This document shows, one piece after another, positions 13,645-24,620 of a stretch of DNA of 64,000 bases. How positions within the stretch are numbered: the first letter of the stretch is position 1; each line of letters begins with the position of its first letter. This stretch comes from Octopus sinensis (taxonomy: Eukaryota): positions 30,504,001-30,568,000 of the forward strand of contig NC_043002.1 in NCBI RefSeq assembly GCF_006345805.1. Direction: 5' to 3'. The translations under genes and the position numbers were made by a program. The notes beneath the pieces are model-generated. The model was not told where the DNA came from and ran no database searches. It saw nothing but the letters and a program-made list of their open reading frames with translations.

Positions 13645-14016
13645 GATGTATATATGTGTGTGAGTGTGTGTGCCTGTGTGTGTATCTATATATATGGATA
13701 TATATATATATATATATGAATATATATATATTATATATATATATATAGATATATATATATATTATATATATATATATACATACATACATATAATACACGC
13801 GCACACATACATATAATATATATGTGTGTATTTTTACTGTTTTGAATATGATAGCTTGCCTCTTGCAAAAGTTTTAAAACTAATATTTCATTGCAATATG
13901 CTCAATAAACAATTCTCACTTATCCTCATGCCTAATACTGTCCCGTTTCTGTCTTCTAAGGTATTTTGCCTTGCTGATAAACTTCCTTAATATTTGAATA
14001 TTATTTTCCAAGACAT

Positions 14017-14180
14017 AGGGTGCCGAGTTGGCAGATCCCTTACAGCGTCGCTACGGAATGTTTTGCGATGTTTGTTCCGGCTTTTTGCTCTCTGATTTCA
14101 AAACCCTCTTCGGTCTTCTTTGTCCTTCTTCCTTTGGGCGCTGATAAAATGAAATGCCAATCAAATACTGGATGCGGTTT
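14017..14180 (+). mobile_element. Old SINE A copy
   Basis: ggtgccgagttggcaga head; tttgtccttcttcctttgggcgctgataaaat core. Confidence 0.6.
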
Positions 14181-14392
14181 GTTTTCATTTTATTTCCTTT
14201 TCTCAGAATCGGCTGAAGTCTGCTTTAAGGCGTATCTTGTTAGGCCAATCACTGCTCGCAATGCAAGAAAGGATAATAGTTCCGAGTGACGTAGTAACAC
14301 GCATCTCCAAGAGATCAGAAGCGCCACTTACACCCTAAGCTTTAGTGATTGTAAAACGATGGAAAACAACAACTTCAAGAGAGAGTCTAAGC

Positions 14393-14703
14393 CAATTGTT
14401 CTCAACCATTTTTTATCATGATTACTATTTTTCTCTAGTAGGCTCCTTTCTCTATTCTGACCCTAAAAACTAGTTTCATAGATACTTCTTTCAAAACTTC
14501 TGTTTTGTTTATTCACTCGTCCACTTGAGTAACTTGAAAGAAATCTGGCTATTTCTTGCAATAAATACGTCGAAAGCAACATTTTTCTCATGGACTCTTA
14601 AAATCTTTTTGTGGTTCCCCAATTTACTATTTTGCTTTTGTAGACCCGCAAATATCTTAAACGGAACCCTAGGGGTCGTATGGATCCCAGTTAAGAACCA
14701 CTG
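14393..14703. mobile_element. Non-autonomous hAT (Charlie-like) MITE
   Basis: TIRs caattgttctcaac / gttaagaaccactg; 8-bp TSD gtctaagc / gtgtaagc (7/8 match). Confidence 0.85.
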
Positions 14704-14714
14704 GTGTAAGCGGT

Positions 14715-15020
14715 CGGTTGACCTAGTAAAATCAGTTGCCAATCTCCCATGAATCTTGCCCGTCTGTATTAAAGAAGAGTATATCTTCATTAAATAATGT
14801 AACCCTCAATACATCCAAAATGACGGGATGGTCATAGTTAAAATACCATTGATGATATATGAAATCTAATAATAACAACTGAAAAGGAACCGTTTTGGAA
14901 TTATATGACCCGCTAAAGAGAGCAAATAAATTCCTTTAAATCACACCCAATAATTACATTGGAGGATAAAATCAGTAAAAAAAGACATAGAGGCTGGTTT
15001 AAATTGGAAGGCCGTTTGTC
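14715..15020 (+). repeat. Two tandem diverged copies of an unclassified dispersed repeat (family E)
   Basis: Motif like gacctgctagaaatagcagccaaatctccc recurs near 14718, 14907, 29856, 51630 and 55468. Confidence 0.5.
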
Positions 15021-15539
15021 AAAGTTCGCTCATTCAAAATTGACTTGGTGCTCAACACCACCACCCCCACCAACAACATCAATTGCAATTCTTCTTGCCA
15101 AAACGAAACACAGGAATTACAGCCATCATAGTTTCTCTAAATTTACCGTTTATTTATTTTTGATTTATTTTATGTTATAATGTTTTATTATTAATTATGT
15201 TATTTTATAATGTTTTAGTCAGAAAGAGAAGAAATATGTCTATGAATTTATCGGGAAATAAAGGGTAGAAGTGATCATCAAACTGGGCAACTGACCCGAA
15301 AATTTTTAGTAACTGAGTGGAATGTATTTAAGACAACTAATGGACCAGGTGGCAGAGTTAAACCGGGTGACGGATGAAGTTTAGCACGAAAAAATCCTGT
15401 AAAAGCACATCTAGTAGAGGTTTCCACATAAATTTGTCTACCAATTTTCACTGATCCTCCTGTATTTTCTTTTACCCAAAGCCAGGAAGTTACATACATA
15501 CATGCATACATACATACATACATACATACATACATACAT

Positions 15540-15586
<47 letters not shown>

Positions 15587-15592
15587 CATATA

Positions 15593-15918
15593 TTCAAATA
15601 TAAAAAAGAAGCAGCGCTAGTATAATAAGCATTATCAGTTACATATACTTAACGTATATGCCTCATAAAAATCCTAAAAGGTATGGACAGGCAAGGTAAC
15701 TCATTTTTAATCCCATTTAGGAGTGATGGACATTGTTTTTTATCATTTTTGTATGTAATCAATATCACATACCCAGTTGTTTCAACATCCGGCACTTTTG
15801 AGAATATTCTCCACCACGCCATATCGCAGCCTACCGGCAAATACACCTAACTTGTGCGTTAAGTATATGTGGCTGATAATGTTCATTATAATAGCGCTGC
15901 TTTTCTTTCACGTTTGAA
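15593..15918. repeat. Inverted repeat, ~62-bp diverged arms, ~200-nt spacer
   Basis: aagcagcgctagtataataagcattatcagttacatatacttaacg / cgttaagtatatgtggctgataatgttcattataatagcgctgctt. Confidence 0.85.
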
Positions 15919-16090
15919 CTTATACTTACGTATGCAGTGTCCGGGCATACCTACACATAGTTAGCACGCTATATGCATATAAGTCGCGGATTGGCGAAAT
16001 GAGTTATGTTCCAACCTGTACAAGTACGCGATGCTCATAAGCTATAAAACTGGCGAAACATCGATGTTTATTACACATGCATTTTCTCGC

Positions 16091-16180
<90 letters not shown>

Positions 16181-16739
16181 GTAGGTCTTGATAGGGTAGA
16201 AAATTGTTATATTTTCTATGCAGCAATCAACTCGATATACTTGTCATCTACTATCTCGTACTGCAACACAGGAAAATTGAAAATCTACTGAGCAAAGCGG
16301 TGTTTAATTCTTAGGACGTGTGAGACGACGAAGAATGAATATACACCTTTTCCGCGAATTACGGCCATCTCTACTTACAACCACAAAAGCATAAGGAAAT
16401 AAAAAAATAAAAAATAATTTATTATAGCAGTATCTGGCAACGCGGGCCTCCCTCAGACCCAGGCATCCACCGCCTGCCACTGTGTCTCACTCATTCGCTT
16501 TCAAGCATCAGTTGCGTTTCAATGAAGATTGTGTTGAAAAATATAATTTCGACATGCGACAGGATCAGTCGGAACGGAACTCGATTGTAAGTCGAAGAGA
16601 GGGTGTAGTACAGCTTCATCATTAATTACAATTATTTCTGTACGAGACTAGTTCTGATCACATTGGAATCATTTACCCGTAATTGGGTTAGAAACGGAGT
16701 CACACAGAAACAATTCTAACTATTAGTAGTTGTAATTAT

Positions 16740-16947
16740 TGGCTTCAAATTTTGGCACAGACACAAAAGGGCTCGACAGCAAGGGAAACTCGACTTCACC
16801 GACATCCATACTTGACTAGTTCTTATAGTTTCGCCACTGAAATGTTGAAAACAAGGTTGACCTTGGTGCTATTGGAACTCGGGCTGTAAAGACGGAAGAA
16901 ATGCTAAGCATATTGTCCGATGTGCCAACGATTCAGCTAGCTCACCG
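16740..16947 (-). mobile_element. Old SINE A copy
   Basis: aaggttgaccttggtgctattggaactc...gtgccaacgattcagctagctcaccg. Confidence 0.65.
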
Positions 16948-16957
16948 TTTTATCTTA

Positions 16958-17514
16958 TTGGGTTGTCCGGAAAGTTCGTGCTGATTTTTAAAGGGAAGAA
17001 ATAGGTTAATAAATACTTGCCGTTACATTTTCAATCAACCAAATATGAATCATTTTGTTGCACAATGCGTCTCCATCTTGTGCAATGTGGGTTATTCTCA
17101 ATTAATGACTTGATTTGGTCATTATCTGTAGTGGATGGTCTGTCTAATCGCTCTTTATCAATAAGGCTACAATCTCCAGGTCGGAACCTTGCGAACCACT
17201 TCCGTACAGTTCTTTCGGATAAAGAAACATCACCGTAAACTGCACATATTGCTTTGGTTGCTTGTGAGGCATTTTCCCTTTACGGAAAAAGAAGAGCATC
17301 AAGTGCCGAAAATGAACTTTCTTATCTTCCATTTTAAAGGGTTACAGAATTAACATAGGTTATAGGAACATAAACATTCTTCCACGAAAAGATAGCTTAA
17401 ACTGTGCTCTAAATTGAGGTGTAGTCAAATCCTATTTTATGGACTCAACCATGTTCTAAAATAAGTCGAATGGTAAGCTACTATAAATTGGCACGAACTT
17501 TCCGGACAACCCAA
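16958..17514 (-). mobile_element. Mariner deletion derivative (557 bp) retaining the N-terminal HTH
   Basis: TA-flanked TIRs ttgggttgtccggaaagttcgtgc / gcacgaactttccggacaacccaa; MEDKKVHFRHLMLFFFRKGK then shifted frame AICAVYGDVSLSERTVRKWFARFR. Confidence 0.93.
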
Positions 17515-17693
17515 TATATATATTTGTTTTAGCATGTGTTGTTGATGTTTGTGACTGTGGTTGCGGTGATGTTGTCTAATGCTTCCGTTTTCAACAGTTT
17601 CATTGATATTTTAAGAGATTGAGTATTTATATATTGTCTTATAATATTTAAAACAAATGTTTAGCGATTCACCTACACTATAATTTTTTTCTG

Positions 17694-18140
17694 TTGATGA
17701 TGATGATGTTAACAATAACGATAACGATGATAATGACGACTATAACAGCAGTTGCAGTCGTGGTGGTGGTGTTGATGATGTTGATAATGATGATCGGGAT
17801 GATGGTGATGATGATGATGATGATGATGATGACGATGATGATGTCGATGATGATGATGTTGTTAACGATGATGATGACGATGATGATGACGACGATGATG
17901 ACGATGATGATGATGATGTTTATGGTGATGATGACGATGATGATGATGATGATGATGACGATGATGACGATGATGACGATAATGATGATGAGGAGGATCA
18001 CGAAGACGACGACGGTTGCAGTAGAGCTCGCGTTGATGATGATGATGATGATGAGAAGGAGGAGGGGGAGGAGGAGGAGGAGGGGGGGACGACGACGACG
18101 ACGATGATGGGGCGGACAGAGATGATGATGAGGACGACAA
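17694..18140. repeat. (GAT/GAC)n and (GAG)n repeat
   Basis: Direct reading. Confidence 0.92.
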
Positions 18141-19149
18141 TGGCAAAGCGAATACAATATTCTGGAAACCACGAGAAACGGGTAGGTGGCATGATCTGAG
18201 AGCGTGAAAGGTTAACTGATTAGTCGGGTATGTGTGTAAATATGTGCGCATATGATTGTTTATATGATATGTATGCGCTTGCGTGTCTATGTGTACCTTT
18301 ATATATCTGTTAATATGTGTGCATGTGTATGTGTTTGTGTGTATGTATACAATTGTTTATATGAAATGTATGTACTTCTGTGTCTGTGTTTATCTGTAAA
18401 TGTGTGTATGCTGTACATTTCAATATATGAGGCTGGTTCATGGATGTATAAGTAAGATTAACATGTGTGTATGCATGGGTGTGTGTGATCTGTATATGAA
18501 TGAGTTTGTTGTTTATATGTGGATGTCTGTGAGTATTTGTTTGTATGTGTGTCTGTTTGAGAATCCGTTTTATGTTTATGTTTCACTGCTTGTATTTGCG
18601 TATGTACGTGCGCCTATGAGCTATAGTTTATATATGTAGGTATATAAGAATATATAAGTATGAATGTGTACATGTGCTTGAATATGTATATAGTTGTGTG
18701 TGAGCGTGTTGACGTATATGCATATGTATGTGAGCTTATACGTATATGTATATGCACGTATATATGTGTGCGTGTATGTGCACGTATGTGTGTGTGTACG
18801 CATTTGAAGAATTGGGACGATAGGTCTGATGATTATTAGAATGAGAAAGTTTGGGGAGAAGGAAGCGGCGGATTGTTGTTTCTGTTAAGGATGGAGTTGT
18901 TGAAGATTTTAGTAAGGAAGTAGAAACTAAGTAAAGATGTTCTGGGTGATCAGATTACCTTTTTATTGACACAGCTGTATCTCTCTCTCTCTTGCTCTCT
19001 CTTTCTCTCTGACCCTCCCCCCACGCCCACATAGTCACTCTCTTTCCACTTACAATCACATTGTCTTTTTCTTAGACAATTCTATCTCATTCTTAGTTTC
19101 CACCCTTTACTCATTTTTAATCGCTCAAAGAAAAAAAAAGTTATAAGGT

Positions 19150-19151
<2 letters not shown>

Positions 19152-19203
<52 letters not shown>

Positions 19204-19410
19204 CCTTTCTACTATAGGTACAAGGCCTGAAATTTTGGTTGACGGAACTAGTCGATTAAATCGACACCCCCCTCCACCCTAGTGTTTCACTGGTACTTTC
19301 GGCCCCGTAAGGATGAAATGCAAAGTCGACCTCTGCAGAATTTTGAACTGAGAACGGCGTGCTCATGACTCTACCAGCTAACCGCCTTAATAATAATAAT
19401 AATAATAATA

Positions 19411-19445
<35 letters not shown>

Positions 19446-19482
19446 TAATAATAATAATGATAATAATGATAATATAATAATA

Positions 19483-19518
<36 letters not shown>

Positions 19519-19610
19519 TAATAATAATGATAATAATGATAATAATAATAATAATAATAATAATATAATAATATAATAATATAATAATGATAATAATAAT
19601 GATAATAATG

Positions 19611-19653
<43 letters not shown>

Positions 19654-19707
19654 GAAGAAGAAGAAGAAGAAGAGAAGAAGAAGAAGAAGAAGAAGAAGAA
19701 GAAAAAC

Positions 19708-19775
<68 letters not shown>
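19152..19775. repeat. Long (TAA)n tract with a (GAA)n block, interrupted by a SINE A copy (19203-19388, minus)
   Basis: Direct reading; SINE core ccccgtaaggatgaaatgcaaagtcgacctc. Confidence 0.92.
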
Positions 19776-20305
19776 GCCAGGTATTGATGAAATTCTAACA
19801 CACCAATGGTTACAATGGACAGGTCTTAAAAGAGGAAACAGAAGTTTTTGTAATTTCAGCGCAAGATCAGAGCTTACCTACCGGCAACTACCATGAAACA
19901 TCTTTAAAGATAAATCTAACCCCTCGCGCAGAATTTGCGGAAAATTCACAGAAATAATTGATCATGTTTCAATCTTCGCTGAAAAGGAGTACCTCATAAA
20001 ACATGATAGATTAGGGCAGTACATCCACTGGAATGCTTGTAAATACTACAAAATTAAATCCCGTGATAAGTGGTACAGGCACCATCCAGGGGATGTAACA
20101 AATGGCGAGGGCATCATCATCCTTTGGAAATTCCCGATACAAGCTGACAGAAAAATTAACTCCAGTCGACCAGATATTGTGATCAAGGACTACAACAGAG
20201 GAAATTGTCTGTTAATAGATACGTCTGTCCCATAAGATCAAAATGTTTCAAGAAACGAATACGAAAAGATTTCTTACTATAAAGATCTACAAATTGAAAT
20301 CACAA
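19776..20305 (+). mobile_element. R4/Dong-clade non-LTR retrotransposon fragment: zinc knuckle and restriction-like endonuclease, decayed
   Basis: THQWLQWTGLK/ETEVFVISAQDQSLPT/RICGKFTEIIDHV/EYLIKHDRLGQYIHW...KWYRHHP...ILWKFPIQADRKINSSRPDIVIKD...CLLIDTSVP...EKISYYKDLQIEI. Confidence 0.88.
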
Positions 20306-20380
20306 AAAAAGAGATCTACAAACATCTTGCAAGTGCTTGTTCACTTTGAAACCACGTAGTTTTTTGGTTCAATCTCATAT

Positions 20381-20660
20381 CAGCAAGTATTTTCTACTAT
20401 AGCCCCGAGCCGACCAACGGCATGTAAGTGGATTTTATAGTTGGAAACTGAACGAAACCCGACGTATACGCACATCTGTGTGTGTTTGTGTTTGTTTGTG
20501 TGTATGTGTGTGTCTATGTGTATGTCTTGTCTGTATGTGGATATCTTTGTGTTTCTCCCCACCACTACTTGACAACTGGTTTTTGTTTGATTATATCTCC
20601 ATAACCTAGCGGTTCAGTGAAAGATATCGATAGAATTACTACAAGACTTTAAAACGTAAA
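20381..20660 (+). mobile_element. SINE family B, body; its 3' end resumes at 21716-21780 after two nested LINE fragments
   Basis: gcaagtattttctactatagccccgagccgacc...cttgacaactgg...gatagaat; continuation attcgactaaaccattcaaggcagtgcctcaacatgaccacagtc. Confidence 0.85.
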
Positions 20661-20892
20661 CATTATTATCATGGCGGGGTTCCAACCCGGAGCGCAACAA
20701 CAAAGTCCAACCGCAACACTTCTCAGTCCAACATCACTGCCTCGAGGTCTCGGATACATTCCAGGCCAGTGTCTGCAATCAAATTATCAATGTAAGTGTC
20801 ACGACGTTTTTCTCTCCTTAGGTCACCAAGAAACAGGTTCCACAAGACTAATTTCGGGTGCTTCCAGTTCAGGGTGTCGAAAATAAGCACTG
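20661..20892 (-). mobile_element. RTE-type LINE 3' end, decayed
   Basis: Minus strand: YFRHPELEAP/KLVLW/RREKRRDTYIDNLIADTGLECIRDLEAVMLD*EVLR, then short tail atgataataatg. Confidence 0.72.
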
Positions 20893-21715
20893 AGGTTGAT
20901 TTGGAAGTGGTCTAACGATTGGGACCTGTGTCTGAACGTGTCAAAGTGCTGTCATCTGCCTGTCGGCTCTACTCCTGCAACTCAACTTGATTTCGAGCCG
21001 GGTCGTCTGCTGCTGGAGAGGACCGATCAGGTAAAGGACCTAGGTATCTTGGTGGATTCCTCCTTTTCGCCTTCGGCCCAGTGCGTCCATGCTGCCAACA
21101 AAGCACGCGGAATTCTGTTCTTGATTCGACGGTCATTCGGAATGCTCACAGCAGCCATGTTCCTACCACTCTATGTCACGCTGGTGAGACCCATATTGGA
21201 GTATGGGATTCAAGCCTCTTCTCCTTATCTCCTCAAAGACATACAGCATCTCGAAAGAGTCCAGAAGCTGGCTACCCGCATGGTTCATGGTCTCAAAAAT
21301 TTGTCCTACGAAGAAAGGCTGAGGACGCTCGACCTTTATTCTCTTGAAAAACGCCGCCGCCGTGGTGATCTCATTCTCGCCCACAACACCATAAGCGGAA
21401 AGTGTAACCTCTCGAAAGAGCTGTTCTTCACTCCTGCTCCAGAGCGTCGGCTGCGGGGTCATTCTGAAAAGCTCTACCTGCGACGATTTCATCTCAATCG
21501 AAGGAGAGGAGCTTTCTCCGTCCGGGTTGCGGATCCGTGGAACAAGCTACCAGACGAGATGGTGAAGATGCCGACGACCGCTTTGTTCAAAGCCTCCCTT
21601 GACCTCAAGTGGCCTGAACTCTTTACATGAACACCACCCTGTACTTAACTCCATGTCCCCCTACATGGCCTTGCTATTTGCTTTTGAGCCAAATTAACTA
21701 ACTAACTAACTAACT
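20893..21715 (+). mobile_element. CR1-clade LINE, 5'-truncated, with uninterrupted ORF2 C-terminus (20896-21630), short 3' UTR and (TAAC)n tail
   Basis: WSNDWDLCLNVSKC, VKDLGILVD, LYVTLVRPILEYG, LERVQKLATR, LSYEERL, RRRRGDLI, LRGHSEKL, FSVRVADPWNKLP, FKASLD; tail taactaactaactaactaact. Confidence 0.95.
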
Positions 21716-22639
21716 ATTCGACTAAACCATTCAAGGCAGTGCCTCAACATGACCACAGTCTGAGAAAAATGAAATATAAGATACAATATACCAGACGCCA
21801 CTACTTTTCATGAGAGAAGGCGCATCGCTTCGGGGTTTTCCGCCAGACGTCTTTGCACACACCTGCTTTCCTCGCTGACAGAAGAGAAAATAGGATTAGA
21901 TGATAAATTACATTATAATCGATTTAAAATTCTAAGATTGAATAAAAATAGTGAAATAGAATCAATAATATCATGGAAGATACATGCCAAACATACAACA
22001 ATAGAGAAAACAGTTAACTTGAATTAAACAGTTATCATTTGGCGTCAAAATTCTCGTCCCATTAGCTGCAACCTGGTCACTGACACAGTTTCACCGCAGA
22101 GTATATTCTACGATGTAGTTGCTTTAGTTTCAACGCAGGCCCTCGGATCAAATCACTTCTTAGACAAGTACATCGTAAAATAAAAGAATAATGATAGAAC
22201 AGAATAACAACAAAACATGAAAAATAATAGAAAAAAAAAACGAGGGAGAGAGAGAGAGAGAGAGAGAGGTGAAAACAAGAAAGGGAATTAAAGAACAGAA
22301 TCGAAGCAACACACGTGATTATTTATCGACCCAGATTGTATGAAAGAAGAAAATAACCTCGGTGAATTTTCAACGGAAGTTTCAGAGAAACGAAAGGAAT
22401 GCAGGAGGGTGTTCCTCTAGATCCTTTGATTTTTGTATCACCTATGTACGTATGTGTGAATGTATGTATGTATGTATGTATGTATGTATGTATGTATATG
22501 TATGTATGTATATATGTATGTATCTCTCTCTCTCTCTCTCTATGTATATATATATATATATGTATATATATAATATATATATATATGCATATATATATAT
22601 AAATGTATACACACACACACGTATATACATGCATGTATA

Positions 22640-22870
22640 CAGGACGTCACAAATCGTAAACAACATGAAATACGAAAACAAATGAGTTGAATACGCAAAC
22701 AACGAGAGAAGCAGATGGTAAACGGGACAAGTAACATAAAGAACGACCCTTCATCAATTGTCGGCTTTCCAAGCATCCGAAGGACCCAACACTCAGACAA
22801 ATACAGGAGTAAGTCCTCACAAATGAAACATCCCCAGTACTAAGTAGGATATATACGTAGAAGGTTGTCA
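22640..22870 (-). mobile_element. Dispersed repeat family P2 (Penelope-like pseudo-LTR, inferred)
   Basis: Reverse complement of gacaactgatgaagggtcgttctttatgttacttgtc, also at ~30601 and ~57884. Confidence 0.6.
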
Positions 22871-23125
22871 TTCCTTAATGCCCACAGTATATATATACAC
22901 AGATAGAGTTGTAAATAGGCTATTATGTAGATGTATGTACGTGTGTAGGTAAATGGATATATAAGTAAACAGATAGATAGATAGAAAGATAGATAGATCG
23001 ATAGATAGGTAGGTAGGTACATCGGTAATATGGACAGACAAGCACACAAACATACACAAATGAAGACTGAAACACATGACCATATACACACACGTACACA
23101 AGGACACATATGGAGACACACATCC

Positions 23126-23366
23126 ATACATAACCGATGGGCTTACATTGTCAACGACTATTGAAAAGGCTGCAAGACGCAACGAAAATTTTAGAAAAAA
23201 AACTATATATATTATTGTGTCTGATGAGTCATTCTCTTTCAGTGCCTTATTACTTAACACACTCACCGTCTCGATTTCCACTCATTTAGTTCTTTTTTTT
23301 CTAAAATTTTCGTTGCGTCTTGCAGCATTTTCAATAGTCGTTGACTATGTACGCGCATCGGTTATG

Positions 23367-23369
<3 letters not shown>
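23126..23369. repeat. Inverted repeat, ~80-bp arms (23126-23205 / 23287-23369)
   Basis: gtcaacgactattgaaaaggctgcaagacgcaacgaaaattttagaaaa / ttttctaaaattttcgttgcgtcttgcagcattttcaatagtcgttgac. Confidence 0.92.
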
Positions 23370-23428
<59 letters not shown>

Positions 23429-23470
23429 TGTGTGTGTGAGTGTGTGTGTATGTGTGTGTGTGTGTGTGTG

Positions 23471-23628
23471 TGAATTTTTTGCGTAATGAGATGAAAAAAA
23501 AAACAATGCTGTATAGATATTAGAGCATTTATAGATAGGTCTTACAGCTGTAAGACCTTCTATCTATAAGTGCTCTAATATCTATACAGCCTTAGTGTTG
23601 TTTTTTATCTCATTACGCAAAAAATTCA
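23471..23628. repeat. Spacer-less palindrome (axis 23547/23548) made from the 3' end of the element at 50069-50147
   Basis: Centre ggtcttacagctgtaagacc; right arm matches 50069-50147. Confidence 0.92.
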
Positions 23629-23778
23629 TATATACAAAAGCTGACATAAAACCAACGTTGAACCCTTTATTCGCAATATTAGCGAATCTGGAACTTAACT
23701 ACGTTCTGTCTATAGCACTTATTCAGCATTACCTGACACTTTTGGGTCTCATCTGATATATATATATATATATATAAT

Positions 23779-24620
23779 TTTAATCCAAACGGGAAAACAG
23801 AAAAAACAACAACACGTGGAACAATTACAGTATTATTATTAATAGGCGCTCAAGAAAGATGGAAGCAGGAAGGTATGACGTTTCGAGCGGAGCTTTCGTC
23901 GGAAACATAAAGAAGGAAGAGAGAGGAAGAAAGATCCCAAAGTGGGCAACAAGGGGGAGAAAAAAAAAACGACTGGTGTTTACGAAGTACACATGGTGAA
24001 AGGCGGAGTTTACGATAACAAGAGCAAAGTAGTTTTTAAAGCCAAAAGAGTGGAGACAGGGTTGGTAACGCAACAGATGGGTGTGTATGTGTGAGTGTGT
24101 GCGTGTGCGTGTGTGTATGTGTGTGAGGCAAGATAAAAAAACAAAAAATATATGTATATGTTAGTGTGTGCGTCTGTGTGTAGGCGTGTGAGGTAGGGCG
24201 AACAGTAGTAGGCACAGAGCAGACAGTGGTCAGTAGTAAGAAAATGAAGGAAGGAGGGAGGGAGGGAGGGGAAGGGTGGGGGCGTATGTAACGTGCCTGC
24301 GTGTGTGTTGAGTAGTAGTGTGTGTGTGTCCAGTGTCGTAGTTGTATTAATGGCGAGTAGATTTGAAGTGTGTGTAAGAGTAATGTATATATTTAAGCAA
24401 TGTGTGTGTGTGAGTGGGTGTATGTATGTGTGCGCGTGTGTGTAACAAAAAAGGGGGGAGGTTATAAGGAAAAAGGAGTCCAGCTGAGGGGAAGATGGAA
24501 GAGTGGTCCCGTGGAGACGGGCGTGGGAGAACCCAACGACAGGCGACGGCCCCAGAAACGAGCGGGAGGTCTCGTCGGGTCCAAGAGCGAGGTGCATGCA
24601 TGCGCGTATGCGTGCGCGAA
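23779..24620 (-). mobile_element. Dispersed element family P1 (Penelope-like pseudo-LTR, inferred), abutting (TA)n
   Basis: 23779-23960 homologous to 57083-57260; hammerhead-like ccgacgaaagctccgctcgaaacgtc on minus; extent beyond ~24000 uncertain. Confidence 0.55.

Noticed and set aside
16428-16586. Plus-strand open 159-nt segment with a gtaagt donor
   Set aside because: Weak acceptor, unrecognised peptide and no partner exons.
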